Assembly: GCA_903884005.1 (NCBI GenBank)
Contig: CAISDA010000004.1
Span: forward strand, 46,218 to 110,217
Direction: 5' to 3'
Length of the DNA stretch: 64,000 nt
From: an uncultured Ignavibacteriota bacterium
Lineage (GTDB): Bacteria > Bacteroidota > Ignavibacteria > UBA10030 > UBA8401
Every line of letters starts with the position of its first letter. The stretch's first letter is position 1. Positions 57,523 to 64,000 of the stretch are shown here, one piece after another. A model generated the notes under the pieces. It saw only the letters and a program-made list of their open reading frames with translations, was not told where the DNA came from and made no database searches. The translations under genes and the position numbers were made by a program.

Positions 57523-60500
57523 TTATTTTCCGACAGCGATCACTTTCACGGGGCCGAATAATCCGGACGCTTGCAGCGGACTGTCCGCCGTATACGGAAT
57601 ACTCGGGCTCCAGGTCGGGCGCCGGTCGGCAGGCAATTTCTGATCTCCGATCAGGCGGTTCATCCAGTTATTCACGACGGAGATCTCCACGTCGTTGCTG
57701 CCGGCTTTTACTGCCGAGCTGATATCGACCTGCCACGGCGCAGTCCAGGCTCCGCCGACATTTTTTCCGTTCACCTTTACTCTCGCCATTGCGGTGAGGT
57801 GTCCCAGGTTCAGGAACATATTCCCGCCTCTCGGTGCGTCGGCCAACATCACGGTTGTCCTGTACACCGCCGTTCCCGAATAATATTTGATGCTGTCGTT
57901 CGACGATTGCGTCCAGTCCGCCAGGCGCGCAAATTCAACGGGACCCGCCGGGCCGCGCTGCGAACGATCGAACGTCACCGTCCAGGGGCCGTCCAGCTCC
58001 GCCACAGTTTTTCCTTCCGGAAAATTTGCCGCGATGTCAAGTGAGGACGAATATTCGGTTTTCTTCCTGAAGACGATGAACTGGCTCTCGTTGGCTTCAA
58101 GTTTCAGAGGCACAATTGTCGTCGCTGAATTTTGCCGGAAGGATGGCAGCGCTCGGATCGTTCCATTGGCCGCCTGCCACAGTTCGGGGCTCCTCCCTGT
58201 GATCCTGAATTCAGGATCGATCGTGATCGTTGAATTTTTCTGATTCGATATAAAATACACCTCACCGCCTGCAACAGCACGGTGAATGAACAGCGCGGAA
58301 TCTGCTTTCGAGAATTTGCAATCCGGTACCACACCAAGACGATCGAGCGCTTCCTGCATGTCCATGCCCGAGAGGATCATGCCCTTTCCGACGATCGCCG
58401 ATTTCACGGTGATGCCATCGACACTTCCCCAGAGACGTTGTGCCATGCTCTGCACTTCCCGGTCGGCAGCCGGATACTGTTGAAGGCTGGGCGACGCGTG
58501 GGGTGCCGGTCCCAGAACAGCGGCACCTTGTTCAACAAGGTCCATAATTTTTTTCAGAATCTCGGGACGCATGGTCTCCAATTTCGGCAGCACCAACATT
58601 CGGTAACTCATCCCATCGGGCAGCACCAGCCTGCCGTCCTTCACACTGAGCCTCTTCAAAATAACTTCACCGTTGATATAATCGAATGAATATCCCTGCG
58701 GCAAGGGTGGATCGCATACGCCGGTCATCTTCGGAGCATCTTCGCCGATAAAGTACGCGATATCCGCAACGTAGTTCCCCTGCTGGAGCATGAAGTTGGC
58801 CCGTTTCATATACTGCGTGAACAGGTCGAAATAATTAAACCAGGTGTTGTGGCGGTTGAACTCATTGCCAAACCACGCGTTCAGGCCAGGCACACGTTCG
58901 TCGGGCTGCTCGATGTATACGTGCAAGAGTGTGTTGTTGATGCCCTCGGTAAAGAATCTGTCGCCTCGCGGCTTCATCGTTGCCGGATATCGCGAATAGG
59001 CGTTCCCGGCACACGTGTACGATTCGGCCGAAACTTTTATCTTGCCATAAATATGCGCGCACGATGAGGCCGCACGGTTCTCGATATCTCCCAAATCTCC
59101 TTCGCTCCAGAATTCGCCGCCGATCTCGTCCGATTGTCCCCCATACTGCAGGAACTCACCGGGAAAGCCCCAATGGCCGTAATTTTCCAACCATATCGTC
59201 AACCCGTGTGTGTGGCTCACATCCCTCAACCCGCCCACATACTCGTACGACACCTTATCGGCGACGATGCGGCGGAGGTCCCACAGAAAACGGTCGGAGA
59301 TGCCGCGGCTGCCAACCACATTTCCTTTTAAGACGGGAAGATACGGGAGCGGACTGTATCCGTATGTCGCCGTAAATTCTTCGGCTAATCCATCCGTCCA
59401 GTTTTGGCCTCCGGTTTCATAACTGTCTGCAACGACAATTTTCAGTGTCTTCCGGTCCGCCGCCGGAATTCGACGTAAAATTTCTCCGAAGTAGGCGTCG
59501 AAATGTGCGGCGATGTGCTTTTTGCTCATCTTATCGGCTTCAAGGCCGGTCCCTTCAACCGAGGCGGGACCATTTGTTTGACCGGTGGTCGTCATGCCGG
59601 TCTGCATTATTTTCCATGTGCCTTCCGGCACGGTCCACCGTATAGTGCCGTCGGCCATTCTGGAAGTGGTGATATCCACGACCGATGCCGGGTCGATCGC
59701 AAGCGACGGATCGACTTCAGGCTGAGCCGGCCACAGATAATCTTTCCAGAACGGGTGGGGAGTCTGAAACATTTTCGCCAGGGATTTTTCGGGAAAGCGT
59801 TCCACCTTCGGTATCGGTGACAGTTCAACTTCGGCGATGCCGCCGGACACCGTCACGTCGCTGACCACCAATCTGAAATGCTTCGATCGAGTTTCCGGCA
59901 GCGACAACACGATTGGTGCGAACGGATCGAACCCGACGCTGATACTGGAGTTGCTCCGATCTATGTCAAAATGTTTCAATGAACGGAAACCCGTTCCGTC
60001 GCTCGCGAGCAATTCTCCTATGGCCTTGACGGAGTGTTCGGCCGTCCTGATCGTCACACTCCGGACTGTCGCTTCCTCTTTTGTAACGAAGTCAATGGTG
60101 AGTACTGTATCCTTGCGTATGGGGACGCAGGTGTTCACGTCGCCGTCAGCAATGAAGGAAATCGTATCGAGTTCGGGGATCGAGGAGATTTTCGGATGCA
60201 GCGATCGATATGGTGTTCCGGCGGCGCCGGGTATTTTATACGCAATGACATTGACCAGTTGAAAATCCTTATTCGGAACCGGTACTGTGCCGCTGAACTG
60301 CATCGGCCCCGTCACGTCGATCTCCGATGAATTCAGATATCTCATCGACTGTTCGGGCCTCACCCATGGGCCGCCGGATTGGCTCCACCCCGGACTGTTG
60401 AACATGCCGATTTCTATGTTCAATTCCGTCGCGGTCTTGAGCGCCGCATGCAGAATGTTCCACCATTCGTCGGTGAAGATCTTCACCGTGCCATACGGAG

Positions 60501-60777
60501 TGCCGTTCAAGCCGATGTTTCCGATGAAGGCGCGGTTGATGCCGGCTCGTTTCATGGCACGCAGATCTTTGATCACGCCTTCCTTCGAAATGTTATCGGA
60601 CAGCCAATACCAATATACACTCGTCTGCACCGAATCGGGGATAGTCATGAACCCCGATTCGATCTGCGACAGTGTCCGGCCGGCCGGAGGATGTGCGGCT
60701 GCGGCAGAGTGCATGCCGGCCGACAATACAACGACTGTCCAAAGGGCAATCGATCGAGAGATCATGTGATTGGTCAT
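57523..60777 (-). CDS. Large secreted glycoside hydrolase, GH106-like, paralog B
   Basis: Signal peptide. Collinear similarity to paralog A (FMTIPDSVQTSVYWYWLSDNISKEGVIKDLRAMKRAGI ... SPGWSQSGGPWV ... VNGKNVGGAWTAPW ... NRLIGD). Confidence 0.6.
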   Translation of the reverse strand: MTNHMISRSIALWTVVVLSAGMHSAAAAHPPAGRTLSQIESGFMTIPDSVQTSVYWYWLSDNISKEGVIKDLRAMKRAGINRAFIGNIGLNGTPYGTVKIFTDEWWNILHAALKTATELNIEIGMFNSPGWSQSGGPWVRPEQSMRYLNSSEIDVTGPMQFSGTVPVPNKDFQLVNVIAYKIPGAAGTPYRSLHPKISSIPELDTISFIADGDVNTCVPIRKDTVLTIDFVTKEEATVRSVTIRTAEHSVKAIGELLASDGTGFRSLKHFDIDRSNSSISVGFDPFAPIVLSLPETRSKHFRLVVSDVTVSGGIAEVELSPIPKVERFPEKSLAKMFQTPHPFWKDYLWPAQPEVDPSLAIDPASVVDITTSRMADGTIRWTVPEGTWKIMQTGMTTTGQTNGPASVEGTGLEADKMSKKHIAAHFDAYFGEILRRIPAADRKTLKIVVADSYETGGQNWTDGLAEEFTATYGYSPLPYLPVLKGNVVGSRGISDRFLWDLRRIVADKVSYEYVGGLRDVSHTHGLTIWLENYGHWGFPGEFLQYGGQSDEIGGEFWSEGDLGDIENRAASSCAHIYGKIKVSAESYTCAGNAYSRYPATMKPRGDRFFTEGINNTLLHVYIEQPDERVPGLNAWFGNEFNRHNTWFNYFDLFTQYMKRANFMLQQGNYVADIAYFIGEDAPKMTGVCDPPLPQGYSFDYINGEVILKRLSVKDGRLVLPDGMSYRMLVLPKLETMRPEILKKIMDLVEQGAAVLGPAPHASPSLQQYPAADREVQSMAQRLWGSVDGITVKSAIVGKGMILSGMDMQEALDRLGVVPDCKFSKADSALFIHRAVAGGEVYFISNQKNSTITIDPEFRITGRSPELWQAANGTIRALPSFRQNSATTIVPLKLEANESQFIVFRKKTEYSSSLDIAANFPEGKTVAELDGPWTVTFDRSQRGPAGPVEFARLADWTQSSNDSIKYYSGTAVYRTTVMLADAPRGGNMFLNLGHLTAMARVKVNGKNVGGAWTAPWQVDISSAVKAGSNDVEISVVNNWMNRLIGDQKLPADRRPTWSPSIPYTADSPLQASGLFGPVKVIAVGK

Positions 60778-60796
60778 AGTGGTGAATGATGTTTGA

Positions 60797-62209
60797 TCAG
60801 CAAATTTGTTTCACTTCAATACCAAGGATCTTGCCGAGTTTGTGAATTTTTTCGGCGATATGTCCGGTTCCTATTGCGCAATGGTGTGCCGGCCCCTGCT
60901 TCGACCATTGGTTCAAAAATTGTTTGGCGCCGATGGGAAACCGATAACGGCTGTTGGTGTTGCCGATCTCAAGCACCGCTCCGGGAACCGATTCCCCCTG
61001 GGCAACAAGCAAAAAGACATTCTCTTTTCCTTCTACCACAGACAGTACGGTGACCTGCCCGTGCTTCACCGACATCTGAATGGAGAGGCCCTTGCCCGGT
61101 TTGCCGTGAAACACGGGCAGCGGCACCAATCGCACGCGGCCTTCAGCAATCGCCGGATGCGCGGGGCCGTCGTGACCGAGCAGCATAACATCGTCTTTAA
61201 AATCCATGAGATAGAATTCGGAAAACGAGCCGCCCGCGCCGAAAGCCGACATGATCTTCATGGCCTGCGCATTTTTCACTTCACATTCGCCCGCCACCGG
61301 AATATTCTTCCCCGTGAGCAATGTATTTCCGGCTATCACCGAGGTGGCGATATTTTCATAGTCATTGCCCGGCTCCCCCTCGTAATAATACGCCATCGAG
61401 CCAAGATCGTGCGCCTTCACGAGCGCATCGAGTGCAACCGAAGTTTTCGCGGCGCGTTTCATTTCATCGGCCTCGCATTCAGGAGCAACATCGAACGTTT
61501 TCGTGATCTCCCGAATTTTATCCGCCGCTTCGTTGTCGGTCACTGCGTCGCGGTACTTCTTCAGTTCACACATTTCAAGCAGTTCAAAGTGAGTGCCGAA
61601 CACCGCCGCCTGTTTCGTGAGATCGGTGTAGACGTCCAGCATGCCGCAATAATAATGTCCCAGAATTCCCATCCGGTGCGCGCGCACGATACCGGCAACA
61701 CGCGCGGCTTCGGTCCACGCTTCAATGTCGCGCCACGCCTCTTCGTCCTGAAGGTACCCCGTGACAATATCATACTGTATTCCGGTCCGGTTGAACACGC
61801 TTGCAAGCTCGGGCACCGAACAAGCCTGACAATGTTCGAGCCAGACGCCAGTCATCTTGTCCCGATCGCCTATCGTATTAAATGCTTCGTAATCCAGCGC
61901 GGCCACGGGCTGAAGATTCAGGATCACGACGGGCACGTTCAGTTTCTGCGCCACAGGCAGGACGGTCGACGACAACGCATATGTTGAGACATAGAGAAAG
62001 ACGATCTCCACATTCTGACTTCGCAAAACTTCAGCGGCCTCGATGGCCCTTGCCGGATTGTCCACCATTCCGGCATCGACCACATCAACGCCGAATCCCG
62101 CGATCCTGTTGTGGATCAGCGCCTGATATCCCTGGAGCTTGGCAAGCAATCCATCGAACTGTTCCCAGTATGTATCCAGGCCGATGCCAAATAATCCGAC
62201 TTTTGTCAT
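60797..62209 (-). CDS. L-arabinose/L-fucose isomerase family aldose-ketose isomerase
   Basis: 470 aa. Aligns by eye to E. coli AraA around the metal ligands: AGECE (AraA AGEGD), SFSEFY (FMEDY), LLGHDGP (LGSHMLE), GPAHHCA (GGAHHTV). Confidence 0.75.
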   Translation of the reverse strand: MTKVGLFGIGLDTYWEQFDGLLAKLQGYQALIHNRIAGFGVDVVDAGMVDNPARAIEAAEVLRSQNVEIVFLYVSTYALSSTVLPVAQKLNVPVVILNLQPVAALDYEAFNTIGDRDKMTGVWLEHCQACSVPELASVFNRTGIQYDIVTGYLQDEEAWRDIEAWTEAARVAGIVRAHRMGILGHYYCGMLDVYTDLTKQAAVFGTHFELLEMCELKKYRDAVTDNEAADKIREITKTFDVAPECEADEMKRAAKTSVALDALVKAHDLGSMAYYYEGEPGNDYENIATSVIAGNTLLTGKNIPVAGECEVKNAQAMKIMSAFGAGGSFSEFYLMDFKDDVMLLGHDGPAHPAIAEGRVRLVPLPVFHGKPGKGLSIQMSVKHGQVTVLSVVEGKENVFLLVAQGESVPGAVLEIGNTNSRYRFPIGAKQFLNQWSKQGPAHHCAIGTGHIAEKIHKLGKILGIEVKQIC

Positions 62210-62302
62210 TTTTTTTTAACTCCGTCTTGTCTTTATCCGCCGATGCTTGTATTTTGTTTGTCGACACTCTATCGGTCCCCATCAATCTAATAAAACAAAC
62301 TT

Positions 62303-63376
62303 ATGAATGCACTCCTTGGCGTCATTTTTCATTCGATCGGAGGATTTGCTTCCGGCAGCTTTTATATGCCCTACAACAAAGTGCGGGGATGGAAGTGGGA
62401 AAGTTATTGGATGGTCGGCGGGCTTTTTGCGTGGCTCATTGTTCCGCCGCTTGCGGCATACTTCACCGTTCCCGGCTTCGCGGGGATCATCGCCGGCAGT
62501 TCAATGCAGATACTCACGATCACTTATGTCATGGGGCTGCTCTGGGGGATCGGAGGATTATCATACGGACTCGGTGTCCGGTATCTGGGAATGTCTCTCG
62601 GAAATTCGGTCGTCTTGGGTTTTTGTGCCGCCTTCGGCGCCATCGTGCCCTCATTATACTACAGCATCAATCCGACTCCCGGGAAAGTCTCATTCACAGA
62701 CATGCTCTCGGCGCCGGGAGGACAGTTGGTTCTGCTTGGCGTGCTGGTGTGTCTGATCGGCATCGCCGTTTCAGGAAAAGCGGGATTGATGAAGGAGCGC
62801 GAGCTTTCAAAGGAGATGCAGCAAGCAAGCGTGCCCGAGTTTAGTCTTGTGAAAGGACTCGTCATCGCCGTGCTGTCGGGCATTCTGAGCTCCTTCTTTA
62901 ATTTCGGTATCGAGGCCGGCAAGCCCATGGCACATGTGGCGAATGAAATGTGGAAGACGGCGAATCCGCTGCAGGGCGAATTTATATTTCAGAACAATGT
63001 CACATTCGTCGTGATACTCTGGGGCGGATTGACGACTAATTTTATCTGGACCACCATACTCAGCCTGCAGAACAAATCATTTACCGATTTTGTCAACACG
63101 TCGACACCGAGAACGATGAACGTTGTTTTTTCAGCGATGGCAGGCACAGCCTGGTTCATGCAATTCTTCTTCTACGGAATGGGCGAAAGCAAACTTGGGA
63201 ACGGAGCGAGCTCATGGATACTTCACATGTCGACGATCATTCTGACCGCGAACATGTGGGGCATATACAGAAAAGAATGGACGGGCGTGGCGGCGAGCAC
63301 AAAATGGACCATCACCGCCGGCATCGCCATCATTCTATTTTCAGTCGTGCTCGTCGGCATCGGAAATTCGATGTAG
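62303..63376 (+). CDS. rhaT: L-rhamnose/H+ symporter family transporter (RhaT-like)
   Basis: 357 aa, about 10 TM helices. The N-terminus GVIFHSIGGFASGSFYMPYNKVRGWKWESYWMVGG parallels E. coli RhaT [31 protein letters not shown]. Confidence 0.8.
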   Translation: MNALLGVIFHSIGGFASGSFYMPYNKVRGWKWESYWMVGGLFAWLIVPPLAAYFTVPGFAGIIAGSSMQILTITYVMGLLWGIGGLSYGLGVRYLGMSLGNSVVLGFCAAFGAIVPSLYYSINPTPGKVSFTDMLSAPGGQLVLLGVLVCLIGIAVSGKAGLMKERELSKEMQQASVPEFSLVKGLVIAVLSGILSSFFNFGIEAGKPMAHVANEMWKTANPLQGEFIFQNNVTFVVILWGGLTTNFIWTTILSLQNKSFTDFVNTSTPRTMNVVFSAMAGTAWFMQFFFYGMGESKLGNGASSWILHMSTIILTANMWGIYRKEWTGVAASTKWTITAGIAIILFSVVLVGIGNSM

Positions 63377-63471
63377 CCGGAGACACAGTTCAATCAAATA
63401 AATCTCATGTAGTCGATATCCAGATAGAATGGATCTCAGATGAGGGGCATTTGACATTCGGGGCGTGCTGT

Positions 63472-64000
63472 TTAATCTTCCTTCGGCAGCCATTTGCTCA
63501 GTGCTTCGGCCAATGCAACGGGAGACACCGGTTTAGTGAGGTAATCGTTCATGCCCGCCTCCAGAGCGCGTTCGCGGTCACCCTGCATTGCATGGGCAGT
63601 CATGGCAATGATGGGGATGTGAGAGATTGAACGAACACCGTCGACGGAAGACTTCACTTTCGAGTTCCGGATTTTTTTAGTCGCCTCAAACCCGTCCATC
63701 ACAGGCATCTGCACATCCATCAGCACCAGATCATAGGGAAGGGATTCGAGAGCATTGACGGCTTCAGCGCCATTGGCCACGGCGTCCGCACGAAGGCCAA
63801 GTTTCTTCAGTATGCCCATGGCCACCTGCTGGTTGGTGATGTTGTCCTCGGCAAGAAGGATTCGCTCCGGTCGGCCGGCAAACATGTTCGCGATCGCATT
63901 CTTTGAGTGGCGCGAGGCGATGGGGAGCGATGCTGGCTTCGCCGCATCCCCATTTCTTATATCGGGCATGCTGCTTTTCGCCAGCGTCGTCACTACGGAT
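63472..64000 (-). CDS. C-terminal receiver domain of a response regulator or hybrid sensor kinase (partial; N-terminus beyond the right edge)
   Basis: [36 protein letters not shown]...[19 protein letters not shown]...IIAMTAHAM. The frame stays open upstream of the GTC-context GTG at 63993 through to the window edge. Confidence 0.8.
   Translation of the reverse strand, partial: SVVTTLAKSSMPDIRNGDAAKPASLPIASRHSKNAIANMFAGRPERILLAEDNITNQQVAMGILKKLGLRADAVANGAEAVNALESLPYDLVLMDVQMPVMDGFEATKKIRNSKVKSSVDGVRSISHIPIIAMTAHAMQGDRERALEAGMNDYLTKPVSPVALAEALSKWLPKED

Noticed and set aside
1-64000. Scan of the whole window for rRNA, tRNA, CRISPR arrays, transposases/integrases, reverse transcriptases and known defence-system proteins.
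   Set aside because: No regularly spaced direct repeats, no tRNA-like T-loop/acceptor contexts in the intergenic regions, and no ORFs with recombinase, RT or nuclease-ATPase signatures were seen. The only accessory-type module is the Phd/ParE pair. This was an eye scan, so short or degenerate elements could have been missed.

Overview
A 64-kb, almost fully coding chromosomal window of about 50 CDS. I found no rRNA, tRNA, CRISPR array, transposase or integrase. The source looks like a moderately GC-rich member of the FCB group (Bacteroidota/Ignavibacteriota/Chlorobiota-like). This is inferred from a ~285-aa RpoD lacking region 1.1, a DUF5683 gene next to parAB, and an alternative-GlmU-type LbH protein; it is not proven.

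Layout from left to right:
- A partial double-PspC membrane protein.
- The conserved rplM-rpsI / rpsB-tsf / pyrH-frr block (minus strand).
- A ~10.5-kb, nine-gene minus-strand cluster: lpd-lipB-E1(alpha/beta fusion)-yecH-like-E2-lipA-pdhA-pdhB-pdhC. It holds two 2-oxoacid dehydrogenase complexes plus both lipoylation enzymes.
- An M61 peptidase.
- nuoABCDEF, closed by a strong intrinsic terminator with no nuoG-N following.
- An LD-carboxypeptidase.
- An AT-rich Phd/ParE toxin-antitoxin islet.
- A MacA-MacB-type efflux trio.
- maeB, then DUF5683-ridA-parB-parA.
- An M13 peptidase.
- An ABC exporter translationally coupled to a D-threonine-aldolase-like PLP enzyme.
- fmt-def, an NlpC/P60 lipoprotein, rpoD.
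- deoB with a small zinc-ribbon gene and a GAF-GAF-degenerate-GGDEF protein.
- A hexosamine/nucleotide-sugar block: an NTP-transferase-LbH-mutase-like fusion, an alt-GlmU-like protein, and glmS.
- A lower-GC sugar-utilisation locus: two tandem GH106-like hydrolases, an AraA/FucI-family isomerase, RhaT, a PAS-rich hybrid kinase and a TPR protein.
- The receiver end of another hybrid kinase.

No obvious defence or mobile system is present. The most noteworthy items are:
- the rhamnose-type locus, which lacks canonical rhaA/B/D in the window;
- the mutase-like domain in which all four catalytic loops are degenerate;
- the degenerate GGDEF that keeps its I-site;
- the YecH-like gene and structured spacer inside the lipoyl-enzyme cluster;
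- terminator-like hairpins in the lpd leader;
- a small family of GTCATYCTGAG/AAGAATCT repeats.

All homology calls come from reading the translated ORFs by eye. No database search was run.
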